From Octopus vulgaris (taxonomy: Eukaryota), in the NCBI GenBank assembly GCA_951406725.2, contig OX597821.1, positions 32,488,001 to 32,552,000 of the forward strand: 64,000 nt of DNA, given 5' to 3'. The first letter of the stretch is position 1, and every line of letters starts with the position of its first letter. This document shows, piece by piece, positions 51,761 to 64,000 of the stretch. The notes under the pieces are model-generated. The model had not been told where the DNA came from. It ran no database searches and saw nothing but the letters and a program-made list of their open reading frames with translations. The translations under genes and the position numbers were made by a program.

Positions 51761-52386
51761 CCTGCGTACACGTGAACGTCTATAGAGATTCATAAAGATA
51801 AATGTATACCTACATGCGCGTGTGTGTGCGTGCGTATGTGTGTGTGTGCGTGCGTATGTGTGTGTGTTTGAGTATGTTTGTGTGTATGTGTGTGTGTGGG
51901 TGTGTGTGTGTTGTACTTCATATCTGTGGAGACATTTATGTGCGTATGCACACACACGAAGAGGTACTGGAAAAATGAAAGAAATAGATAAAGCTACAAA
52001 TATACATACACGTAGAATTAGCTGAGGTAAGTAAGTTGTTGTTTTCGAATAAATTAAGGAGCAGCTGTTTGAAAGATATTTTTGTTTGACGTGTCACCCT
52101 TCTTTAAATGATATATAGAAATATATAACCGGTTTAATGTTTTTCTGTTTATTTTGGCTTGCTTCAATATATAATATGAAACTGCAGCAGCATAGAAAAA
52201 AAAAATGTGTTATAACTTAAGTCTAAACATAAATTCGTTTATTTCTGTTTCAGTTAGACGGTTAGACTAGCGCGCGCACCACTCACACACACACATGCAC
52301 ACGCTCGCACTCGTGTACATGTACTCACTCACACACGAAGATGTGTGTGTGTGTGCATCTGTTTGTGTGTGTGTGTGTGTAGTTTA

Positions 52387-52428
<42 letters not shown>

Positions 52429-52472
52429 CATCATTATTATTATTATTGTTGTTATTATTATTATTATTGTTG

Positions 52473-52517
<45 letters not shown>
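52387..52517. repeat. (ATT)n microsatellite
   Basis: Direct inspection. Confidence 0.95.
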
Positions 52518-52519
<2 letters not shown>

Positions 52520-52597
52520 TTTATAGTATTAACATATATATATATATGTGTGTATAAAGAGAGAGAGAGAGAGAGAGAGTAGCGGAGATAGGCAAGG

Positions 52598-52765
52598 AGA
52601 GGCGTGGCTGTGTGGTAAGACGCTTTATTTCCCAACTACAATCACACTGTAGTTGTAAAAAACAGCGTCAGTCCCACTGCGTATCATCTTCTACTATAGC
52701 CTTGGGCCAACTAAGGCTCGGGAGCGGATTAGGTTTGCGGAAACTGGAGAAAACCCGTCGCATAT
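52598..52765 (+). mobile_element. SINE family A, decayed 5' part
   Basis: ggcgtggctgtgtggtaag...cagtcccactgcgt...tcttctactatagccttgggcc. Confidence 0.7.
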
Positions 52766-52789
52766 ACGTAGAAAGTGTAATGTGATGTA

Positions 52790-53840
52790 GTGGTCTTTTG
52801 TCCAAGAGAAGCTGCGCTCGGGAAATATCCCCATGCATAGTCTTCTTTTTTTGTATGCTAATGGCTTTCAATCCAGATCTTCTCTGAGTAAAGAGAGCCC
52901 AGCAGTTTGTAGCTGTATAGGAGATCATCAGGAAGAGAGTGCTTCTTGAGGAGCTCACTGCCGACTCGTACATTGTTGTTCGCTTCACTTTTCAGCACTG
53001 CATTTATATATTTATTTTTGCTGGTGTTGTTCAGCAGATGCTGCTTGAATGATGGCATATGGCACTTGAAGGCCGTCAGCACTGATCTCAGACCTCTACC
53101 ACCTTCATTTCTTCTTAGGTGGAGCCTCAACATCACTGTTTCTGTGGAAGTTCCCAGTTGTTGCCAGGATTTTGCGGGGTTTGGAATAGATTTCCTCTAC
53201 AGACCAATCAAGTATCCCAAATGTTAAGATCAGCACAGGTACTGCAAATGCATTGTGGGATATTGTTTTGTTATAAAAGGAGAGTTCCGACTGCCATATT
53301 TACCCAATGCTGGTGTAATATTCACGAGTCACTCATAATATTCTCTGGTGTAATATTCTCGGGTCCCTTCATATGATACATTTTCACCTATGCCTAGGTA
53401 CTTGTAACATTCTTTGTGTAGAATGATGGGGGGCGTTATAGAGAGACCGTTGATGTACAGGTTTGGGTTTGGGGGACTGACTTCCCTCGTTCTATAACCA
53501 AATATGAATATTGCTCTTGGCCAAATTCCATGCCTATATCAGTTGAAAAAGTTAACTAATTCCAGTTGTTTTTGGTTTTTTTTTGCATTGTTAACTCTTT
53601 TAGCATAAATCTTGAAGACGCCTACAAAGAAAAAATATGAGTTACATTGATATTTCTAGCAGTTGAAGGTCTTAGCATGTAACCAATTGTTTTCTGCAGT
53701 AAGAACGATAATGGATTCAGTGCCAAAATAAAAAGAAGTACAGAAAGACTATCTCCCTGGAATATTCCCTTTGAAATGCCTATAGTATCTGAAACATTTA
53801 TTCTGTTCTCAGTAGGAAAGGGTGAGAATCGTTGTCCATA
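52790..53840 (-). mobile_element. Degenerate R4/Dong-type LINE reverse transcriptase fragment
   Basis: ISKGIFQGDSLSVLLFILALNPLSFLL..GY...NVTHIF and RLHLRRNEGGRGLRSV motifs; frameshifted. Confidence 0.8.
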
Positions 53841-54217
53841 TATGTATGTATGCATGTATGTATGTATAAACAGATGATGCGAATCGAATAATGAGTAGTA
53901 TTTTCAAAGCCACATTTCTCTCCATCGGTGACCGAGAAAATGAATATTTAATAGCGTAGTTACTAGAATGGAAATTTTGACTGGCGACTGTTGGTGCTAC
54001 CACTTACGGTTGGTTTTGGAGTAAGAGGCGAAAAGAAAGAAAGTTTGCTAAGAAATAGAAGGGAGGGAGAATTTTCCCTTAAGTGGAGGGAACCGTGTTA
54101 CTAGAATTATAGATGCTTTGGAGAATGTTACAGTTGAAAAGGTCTCAATGAATGAAACCGATACTGAAATGTTCTTTATAAAATTATTTTAGCATTTTCT
54201 ATCCTGACTTGTTTTTT

Positions 54218-54279
<62 letters not shown>

Positions 54280-54282
<3 letters not shown>

Positions 54283-54859
54283 GTTGGCCTAAAAGTAATC
54301 TTACAGTTATCACGTAGGCTCTTTAAATTTCTTTTAAAACATTTTATTACATTTCAATTTCTATCTTACAATCATATTGTTTATACACATCTTAAACACA
54401 CTTCTTGGACTGTTCACCAATATCGTAGCCACTAACATCTCATTTTCCTGTCACAGAATTCTTAGGGCGTCCAGATTTAGGTGCATTACTCACTGAACCT
54501 ATGGTATCAAATTAATTTCTTATCCGATAAATTGTCTGGCGTCAAGATGGAGGAGTGTGAAAGTTCTTCTTGCCATGCTGTGCGCACCTCCTCGGCTTTG
54601 TTGTACCCTAACCCTAAAGTACTACGTTAGTATCCACTTTCTTTGCTGTTGATTTAAATTGTTTGCCAAGGCTCACACCTTATAGTACCTGTAAAAAAAG
54701 AGAAACAATTACAAACTGAAAAGGTAGCTCGACAAAATTAACTAAATTGGCATAGAATAATAGTTTCATATTTGTTTTTACAATTAATATCTAAACTGTT
54801 AATATATAAATGCGAAAGAGATAGATGAATAACTGTAAACCTACTTTTGGGCCACCCTG
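54280..54859. mobile_element. Mariner-type internally deleted element (MITE)
   Basis: TA|caggttggcctaaaagtaatcttacagttat ... ataactgtaaacctacttttgggccaccctg|TA terminal inverted repeats. Confidence 0.85.
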
Positions 54860-56799
54860 TATATATATTCCGGTTCCGGGTATATTGTATATTTATGTTA
54901 ATCTGGGAAAGGTATTAAACGCATTAGACATTGTCAACTGTGGGAAGTTTGCGTGGAGAATATAATCAATAATATGCAACTATTCCTAAATCTCTCGCCT
55001 GAGACATGAATATTATTGCAAGAATTGCAAAGAATGGCGTTTGTAGGAAGAACTGAGTTGATGGGTGTATCAAAGTCACAAGCAGTATACAATTCGTCTT
55101 GATCTTTCGAAATATGCCTCGGCTAATTCAAATAAAATTTCCATGAAATGAAAGCGTCATACACCTGATGTCGATTTCTGGGATTGGAAAATATATAACA
55201 GAATGGAAAATGGATTGTATTGGAAAAAAATGTCCGTCTCCTTTATAGATAATGTAAGTTGAAACAAAAACTTAACTAGAACTTTCTGCAGATGTTATAG
55301 ATTGGATAAGTATAGCATTCTTTTTGTTACATCATTAAATATATTCAGTAGCAACTACAGGAAGATTAATTTTTCAACAATGACAATTATTCTAAAATAT
55401 ACCCCAACGAAGCTGCAAAATCGCAGTCTATATCAAGGAAAATAAAGGGGAATAACTTTCTATTAATTTTACATTAAAATCAATTAGTTTTCTAATTTCA
55501 GTAACAATTCCGTAACAACCTAACATACTTCTTACTGAAAATAAAATATAGTAAAATATACTTCGTGCAAAATATATAAATCCCTACATATAAGAATCTG
55601 AGAGCAGAAGGTATGTATTTCGACTTAAGCGACATTCCTTATCTTTTTGTATTATGTTTTGTTAACATTCACTAGATAAAATAATTTCTGAGTGTTCATT
55701 AATGATGTCACATTGTTGCAAGGTTCAAAATGATTAAATCCATTCCAGTCACTAACGAACACTTTTCAGTCAGTTTTCCTTTGGTTTATTTACGACAGCT
55801 TCCTATATATTAGAAGTTGTTATCCGATATTTTTCAACTCAGCACCAAAGTAATTGGTTTATTTCTAAGCATGTATACACGTTAGTGATCTTTCTTCCCC
55901 CTACTCTTCTGTCAATCACTGTTAAGGGAAATATAGTATGAACTTATCAAGCATTAACATCGCATCAAATGTTTAATCGTAATACGCTATGATGGTGATT
56001 TATCAGAGTCGTTCCGTTTCCTTACTGAAATCTTACATAAATAAGATATCACACGGGGAGGAGGAGTTGATTTCATCCATCTCAGTTTTTGACTAGTACT
56101 TATTTCATTGATCGCAGATTCATAGAAAATAAAATTATTCTTCAGCGAGATGTGAAAACGGAACATACGAGATGATAACACTACATACCAAATGGTGATT
56201 TATCTGACATTGTAACTGTTCTCAAAACATGTTACCTACAATAGTCTCTATGACATAACTAGAACTTGGATGCCTGGATGAAATATATATAGATATAAAA
56301 AATATTTGACCTAGCTACCATCGGAGGCAAAAGTTTTGGACTTTGTCAATCTGTTGAATTTTCTACATGAATGCTGATCTTATGTTCTTGTTCGTGATTT
56401 GTCTAAAAATGTAAAGTTTAGTTCCTTGAAGTCAGTATTCTCCCACATTTTTCATTAAATATTCCTTTTGACTATATGGTTTCTTTCAATATATTCTTTT
56501 GAAAACTTGCACTTAGTATTTTCTCCTATTTTATGTAGACATCACATTTTGTATAAATAACGGTTGTCTAGTTTTTGAAATGTTTGATCCGTTTGTGTCT
56601 TCTGGCAGAATGTTATCTCAGTTGTTTGTAAATATCTATTTTCATTTATAATTTTGTTTCCTCTGTGTATACATTTTTCGCTTGAATCATATATAAAATT
56701 ATTTGTTCGTAGATTTATTTTTTTAGGGGAGAATTGCATTTCTTTTAAAGTGTTTAGAATATCCTGTTATATATTGAAGTTGCAGTAACTTTGAAATCT

Positions 56800-58560
56800 T
56801 GTTTTGAAGAAAATATACTACTGACGAAAAGTATTGATGTAGGAGATTCAAGTTTTCTGACTCCAACCTTGATCGCCTCTACAGCTCAACAGTGTTAGTA
56901 TTTTATAAAGCTCTACTTTACTGCCTCCACAATTGTTTTATGAGCTATGTACCCATAGAAAAAGCACCCATCTTCGCTTCTGGCTATGCAGCCAAAACTA
57001 CATTGAAAAGCAAGTTCAAACAAGACTATGAGCCTTGACCATATGCCATTCGTTACCCTCAGAAGTAGTTTATATACTCATCAACCCTGCATTAACTCGC
57101 TCTCTGTAGAAATAAACAGTGATCACTGGAAACAAGCTATCCCATTCCAGAAAACAATAACCTCTCTGGCCCACCCAATTATCACGCTGTTGCACTTAGT
57201 ATTAATATCTTTGTGTTAATGTCGACAACCATTACAACTCACTGAAAAGCTATCTCTCTCTTTCTCTCTCTCTCTCCTTTTCTCTCTCTATCTTTCTCTC
57301 TATCCCTTTCTCTCTATCTCTATTTCTTTCTCACTCTTTCTCTATCTTTCTCTCTCTCTCTCTCTCTTTCTCTCCTTCTTTCTATCTTTTTCTTTCTATC
57401 ATTTTCTATCCCTCACACTCTTCCATTTCTTTCCTTGATGACCACCAATGGTTTCTGTAAAACCAGATCCACTGGTATCCAGCTGTTCTCCCTCACCAGC
57501 AATGTACCCTTGCCTTAGCGATATTTGACGACAGCTTTTGCTCATGACGCTACCAAAGATTTCGACCAAGTTTGATATAAAACTCTGCTGTCAAAACTTC
57601 TTGCCAATGAATTCCAACCACCTCTCATTTCTTTAGTGGCTTTCCTGTAGGTCGTATTACGGCATGCAGTCACTGATCTCTTTCTCTTCCACAGTTTTTC
57701 AAATTTGGTATACCTCATGGATCTATTTTGACCTTCAGCCTACTTTCTTCCTATTCATCAGTATATTATTTGCCGGCACATCCATCAACACCCACTATTA
57801 AGCACTAACATGACCCTTTGTTTGTCCTTAGCTTACTCCAGCCATATATTATCTTATTGCACCCGACGCACTACGCTTCAAATCCATAACGATTCCATGA
57901 GAAGAGATCTCGAAAGAAACCACTATTGTGTATTTAAATAAAAAGGAACACAAATGCTACTCACATCAGAAGAAAACGCATCATTATGCCACCCCTCTAC
58001 TTAATCATGAACAACCTTCAGCTAGATTCCTCATTTCTGGTGAAAGCACATGCTGAACATAACTAGGACTACATAACAATGGGTTCCCATCCACTTAAGG
58101 TTCACAATAGACTTCATCCAATAGTAATTATTGACGCTCTTCGGAGGTCGTAAGGTAGTATTGCTTTTACGCTTGGAATGATGTTACAGCTGCACCACAC
58201 AGATAACCTTTATTGCGTTTAAAAATAGGCCACCCGACTGGTTAGCCTAGAGTCCATCCAGTCGCGCTGTTTTCTATATCTACCCCCTTACTATTGATAC
58301 CAGAACGATCACTGTTTTCAGAGGTGGCTGAGCCCATGCAATCCCACTTAGGCATTTCATTCCCGTTCCACACATTTTATCTGCTCTTACTCCTCCCCTT
58401 GTTGTGGATAACACCTAAGAACTCCAGTAATCTCTAAAGGCTGTGCTTTTTTTCAAGGATATCGGCCCACAAGAATTTCCTCCATGTTAGCGTCTTTCAC
58501 AACTGGGTTAGTTTAAAAATCATGAAGAAAACTCTAACAGCATCAATGTCATCCATGCAA
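56800..58560 (+). mobile_element. Highly decayed Jockey/CR1-group LINE RT relic
   Basis: Residual GFCKTRSTG (~57450), KDFDQV*YKTLLSKL (~57555) and GIPHGSIL (~57707) in the correct RT order. Boundaries are uncertain. Confidence 0.55.
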
Positions 58561-59739
58561 CAGGCTATCACTCTCATGGGTGCTGCTCCTTCCTCGAGAC
58601 CCTGCAAATAAGCAAACATAGAAATGAATCGGTAATGCCTGTTGATGATTTTATCCGGTCAATTTAAAAGTCTGCTGGCGTTGTAATTTGTTATCGACAC
58701 CCACGGAGTGACTCTGTGATATGTCCTGAGATAACGGGTGGAAAATGAAACAGGAAAATATAAACCAAAGAAAATAAAATGATAAATATAAAAAGATAAA
58801 GAACTAAACAAGAAAACGGCTGAAATAACAGAAAAAAGTCAAATACAGATAAAATAAATGATAACAAAAAAAAAATAATTATATTGAGAATAGACGAAAA
58901 TAAGACACAAAATAAACTATATGAATTTAGAACGTCAGAAGAGAATTATTATACATTGTTACTGATTCATGAAAAAGCAACTTGGCGAAATGCTTTGCGG
59001 TAACATCAATTCTAATCTTTCAATTCTAGTAGTACCTGTGGAATTTTCACGGTTATTTTGAACTTTACAGAAAACTATGAGAAGTATAATTTCATTTGAA
59101 ATTTTATTGTTTGAAACATTTGATTCTTAAGATAGTATAAAAGTCTTCATAAGTAGTACTGAATGTGCAGTCATAGGAGACAACATGTCTGAAAGCCGTA
59201 GTTTTCGTTACAGACTTATCGCTCTACATTGGGAGTTGTTATCTTATATTTTTCCTTTTACGCCAAGAAAACAATTTTAACTATACAACGAAATCGAAGA
59301 CATAATAATTTATAATTTATATTACAACTGCGTTGTTAAAGCTCTAAGAGATATTAATACGTCACATTTTTCTTTTATATACAAATTCATAGACATAGAC
59401 ACACAAACACGCATATATGTATGTATATAAATACATATATACATATATGTGTGTATGTTCATATAAATATATTTGGACTTCTCTGCATTAAGATCTGAAA
59501 TGTAAGATCTTCTCCACTATGATGACAGAGGCTTGTCTTATCCTATGTTGATTGCATCCATTGTGGCCGCATATTGTGATAAACCACAGCCACCAGCATT
59601 ATCAGGGATCTTCAAGCCCCAAGAAACAGCTGTTGGACTTATAAAACCCTTCTTTCAACTCTTTAATTTTCTCTGTCTTTTGTACTCTGTAAGTGGAATC
59701 TATTAATATAAATATCTATATATTTGTACTTAGATATTC

Positions 59740-60420
59740 ATCGTCTGGGGGTCCCCATCTTTTGCTTTCTCTCGTTTTCCATGTATACATATATACTTCT
59801 TTTGTGTTCCAAGCCCAAACTTTTATGTTATACTTAATATATCTAATCTGTTTATCCGCATAATTACCTCTATAAGTATGTTTGTGTACGAGTTTGTGTG
59901 TGACATTGTGGTCACATTTAAGCCAATAGCAGCGAGTTTTATTTATATCCCACTTTGACGCTGAAGATACCAACAGTGACGAGCGCAAAAAGAATATGTC
60001 CATGACTGATTCGTACTTTGTCAGCTGCTAAGTTTATAGCCGGTTTTTAAACGCGGTTGATAGAAAAAAGTCAGAACACGTGATGTCTCAGATGAATGAT
60101 TCACGCTTCCCTGCCCATGTATGTATTATTATGTTTGAATACCTATTTTCGCTGCGGTCAAAGCTAACAAACTGAAGTTCTAAGGAAAAAGCGGCAACGT
60201 TGAGACCGTCTTTTAATGATATCTTATGGTGCGGCATCATGAGAGAAATGTGTCGTACCATGACGTAAAAAGAGTATATCCAATGCAAACTCTTCGATAT
60301 TAGCTCCACAGGATATTTCTGCAATTCATACAAACGAATAGAGATATATCTGTAATCAAATGCGTATGCTCTTACCGTCGAGAAGGTGTCATTTGACAAA
60401 GCGGGCACTGACGTGAACAG
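59740..60420 (-). pseudogene. Possible decayed piggyBac-like transposase
   Basis: LQFVSFDRSENR and CDHNVT..LV...YRGNYADKQ...KYNIKVW..EVY resemble piggyBac LRFD..TR, ENVTIDEQLV.FRGRC.FKQY..KP.KYGIKIW in order. No TIRs seen. Confidence 0.4.
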
Positions 60421-60934
60421 GTACTGATACGGTGTTAGCCAAGGGATAAATATATTATTGTATAGGTGGGACTATGTGATAATATTGAATAGTATTGATT
60501 GGCTACCTTCTTGGGCCTATTCATGCCATCGGCAACCTTGACAGCATATGCTGTGTCGTTCACGTGTTGCACATTATTTGTGTGACATGTTTAGCGGTTA
60601 ATAGTTTCGCATAGTAAAACTATACACATATCATTTGGTAGTATAGGACAAGCTTCAGACATAAATACTATTGTTCAGTATAGGTAAGAAGGAAATATAT
60701 GAATATACAAATAAAAGTTGAAGTCACAAGTACCATCACCAATCCCAGCATCTTAAATCATTCATCCAAAAAATTATGACTCGTCTCTGTTTTGCATATT
60801 CGCAGCTCTCGTCAACCGAACAAAAAGTAGTGCCAAGAAAAACCAGCTACTGAAGATAAAATAGTTACTTTTGAAAACACACATAGAAAAAGGAGCGGAA
60901 ACGTAAAATATAATGGTAATATTTATTAATACAC

Positions 60935-61535
60935 TAAGCCTGGCAGAATCGTTAGCAACCCGGGCAAAATCTTTCATGGCAGTTCTTTCGTCCATACGTT
61001 CTGAGCTCAAATTCCGCCGTGGTCTTTTATAGTTTCGGAGTCGATAAAATAAGTAGCAGTCGAACACTGCAATCGACTTAGCCCCTCCCCCACGAAATTT
61101 CTGGCCTTGTACCCAAAATTGTATACTAAACTTTATGAATACGCTAAGCAGCGAGCTGGCAGAATCGTTTGCGCACTGGGTAAAATGCTTCGCGGCATTT
61201 CGTTCTGAATTAAAATTCCGCTGTGTTTGACTTTGGTTTTAATATTCCGCTGTGGTCGACTTTAGTTTTAATCCTCTCAGTGTCAATAAAAAGAGTATCA
61301 TTTGACCAACGGAGTTGATGCAATCGACTTACTCATATCCCCTAAATTGCTGGACTTGTGCCAATATTTGAAATACACGAATGGTTTCTAAGTATGACTC
61401 AAGATCAGCGATTTGGTATTACTTCGACTCCAGTGCTCAATTATTACATATTTTATCGACTCCGAAAGAACGAAAAACAAAGCCGACCTCAGTAGATTTT
61501 GCATTCAGTACGTAAGCACAGGCAAAATGCCACTA
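60935..61535. mobile_element. Cluster of SINE family B copies (two on +, one on -)
   Basis: ctggcagaatcgttagc...ctgagctcaaattccgccgtggtc at ~60940 and ~61155; reverse copy at ~61420-61535. Confidence 0.75.
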
Positions 61536-61787
61536 TGAATAAGCTCTTACCGAGCATTTTTCTTTTTAATTATTGAATAAACATTTCTATTGTGACTGTA
61601 AACATGAAAAAAGTTTTAACAAAAATTATATGAAAAATAGATAAAGTGTAGAAATTATTTCACTGCATCATTGTCAATTACTAATTATGAAAACGTGTAT
61701 CTTCAAGCACTACTTACCCATCCAAAATATCGAATTGCGTAAAATCTGAAAAGTGTCACTTTGAAGAAACCTGTCTCTACCGGTACC

Positions 61788-61833
<46 letters not shown>

Positions 61834-62684
61834 CTGTTAATCGTAAATCATTCGATGACTAAGGAATATGATGATCTCAAAATAAACCTATTTCAAAGAA
61901 ACTCACTAATGTTTGAGAAACAACAGGTACACATCAAAGAAATCATATTTCTGTTTTCAAACAGAAAAAAAAAAGGTAAGTTTAAAACTTTATTGCATTA
62001 AAATATGCAATGCATCTATAACTTCTATATCATTTTTACCTCGGAGAAAATTGCTATACCATGCCGACTCATGAACGGAAATTTAGAGTTTGACATTGCT
62101 TCTATGCATAGATACACACGCCTTTACAAAGTATAAAATGGCACAAGGCCAACCAAATGTTAAATCTTGCAGAATCGTTTCTTTTATATCAAAATTTGCA
62201 TAGCTTTCGAATATCAATTTTCGAAATTCTAAATATTTTCTACATATTAAGGTTTCATGAATAAGAATTACTGTATAGTCAACCACTTATCACTTTTCTT
62301 GTGAATTCTCGCATTATTTTTGTGTGATTATTCTTTTCTTTTTTTTTTAATTTCTTCTGTATCATTTTTCTGTTTCATCTTCCAACCGTTATACAAGCAT
62401 CATTGTGTGTTTGGCTAACAACGACAAAGCCCCGGCGGATATTAATAAGAGTGTATTTCAAATTCTTTAATGTATATATGTTTATTTATTTATGTTTTTA
62501 ACTGAAGATAAGAATGCGAAATTTTAAGTAGTAATAAGTGCTTCGGATAAATATTATACGTCTATATTTTATGCATTGAACTTTCTTTTAATGAGTGTAA
62601 CATTGTACGTATAAACGAAGATATACGTATATGTTATATATATAAATGTGTGTGTATACATTATATATATATATTTATGATAGA

Positions 62685-62862
62685 TCGTTCGCTCCTACAC
62701 GCATTTTTTTCTCTGCTTGTTTTTTTCTGTGTATCTTTCTGTCGAAGAGCGTAGGCTCGAAACGTAAAACACTTTTCTATTCCTGAGCGCTATACTAATA
62801 CATCTGTTTGTTTGTTCTCCACCTGCCTTCGTCTTTTGTTTATTTTCGTAAACTTTGCCTTT
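62685..62862 (+). mobile_element. Penelope-like fragment with variant minimal hammerhead at 62734-62771
   Basis: TCTTT-CTGTCGAA-GAGC gtag GCTC-GAAA-CG-TA-AAACA; 3' end in (TA)n. Confidence 0.72.
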
Positions 62863-62891
62863 ATATATATATATATATGTATATATATATA

Positions 62892-63307
62892 GGCGTAGGA
62901 GTGGCTGTCTGGTAAGTAGTTTGCTTACCGGTTCCGGGTTCAGTCCCACTGCGTGGCACCTTGGGCAAATGTCTTCTACTATAGCCGCGGGCCGACCAAA
63001 GCCTTGTGAGTGGATTTGGTAGACGGAAACTAAAAGGAGCCTGTCCTATATATGAATACATATATATATTTATGTGTGTGTATGTATATATGTTTGTGTG
63101 TTTGTGTTTGTCCCCCCAACAACGCTTGACAACCGATTGCTGGTGTGTTTACGTCCCCGTAACATAGCGGTTCGGCAAAAGAGAATGATAGAATAAGTAC
63201 TAGGCTTACAAAGAATAAGTCCTGGTTTCGATTTGCTCGACTAAAGGCGGTGCTCCAGCATGGCCACAGTCAAATGACTGAGACAAGTAAAAGAGTAAAG
63301 ATTAAGA

Positions 63308-63309
<2 letters not shown>
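62892..63309 (+). mobile_element. SINE family A, near full-length (octopus-type tRNA SINE)
   Basis: ggcgtaggagTGGCTGTCTGGtaag...GGGTTCAGTCCC head, ccttgggcaa core, internal (TA)/(TG) tract, 3' aaatgactgagacaagtaaaagagtaaag tail. Confidence 0.9.
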
Positions 63310-63341
<32 letters not shown>

Positions 63342-63344
<3 letters not shown>

Positions 63345-63640
63345 CAGAAGGGTAATAATATAGATTACTACCAGTGGCCCAGCACAAAAGACGAATTAGT
63401 CATTAGACTAATTAGTCATTAGACTAAATATTATTCATATAGAAAAATATTATTCATGTAGAAATATAATTAAGGGCTCTTAAATAAGGATGCCAAGTGC
63501 TAGGGACACAAAAAAGGGATACATTTATCGAGAGTGAAAATCAAAAACACTTACCGATAACTTTACATCCCGGACTGATATCAGTTTCTACCTCTTTCTA
63601 GTAAAACAGACAGAATATGTTTGCTAAGGCCGGTTTCATA
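63342..63640 (-). mobile_element. (TA)n-flanked insert carrying the 3' half of a hammerhead-like motif
   Basis: Minus strand GAAA-CTGATATCAG-TC-CGGGA with palindromic stem III. The CUGANGA box is missing, possibly lost at the (TA)n junction. Confidence 0.4.
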
Positions 63641-63876
63641 TATATATATACAGGAGAGCAAGAATATTTACAGAGAGAGAGAGGAAAAGGGAGAGGTTCG
63701 ATAGAATAACTTTCCCCCACCTTTATGCTCCCTTATTGCGCATGCTTGCTAAGGCTGTATACGTTGTTGGTCTAGTTGTAAATCGAAATCAGATTTTGGT
63801 ACGTCTGTCTGATAATGTATCGATGCAAAACTACTTTCACTTACCATATCTTTTCTACATTTCTTTTTTCTTTCTT

Positions 63877-63912
<36 letters not shown>

Positions 63913-64000
63913 TCTTTCTTTCTTTTTTTCGGCATGTATTTATATAGGTCTGTATGTTTCCAGGTGTGAGCGTGCATGCATGTGTGTATGTGTGTGTGTG

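Overview
AT-rich, microsatellite-dense eukaryotic DNA with no recognisable host gene. The tRNA-derived SINEs and repeat landscape resemble an octopus/cephalopod genome (inferred from recall, not from a search). Conventional content: an RTE LINE 3' end nested in a Tx1/L1-type LINE, a second gag-like ORF1 relic, a decayed CR1-type LINE, R4/Dong-type LINE fragments, an IR/DR Tc1 transposon, mariner relics and MITEs, a Helitron, a Helentron-type element and many SINEs. Most ORFs in the supplied track are microsatellite translations. The standout signal is a set of about a dozen hammerhead-ribozyme (HHR) motifs in short non-coding elements sitting in or next to (TA)n tracts. These include a 399-bp tandem array with a textbook type I HHR per unit (retrozyme-like, predicted circular RNA), a 360-bp family whose two loci differ by a compensatory C3-G8 / U3-A8 core change, and a minimal-HHR subfamily with a recurring non-canonical CUGU(C/U)GAA core. 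Long foldbacks occur in the same (TA)n clusters. Coordinates were counted by eye and boundaries of decayed elements are approximate.
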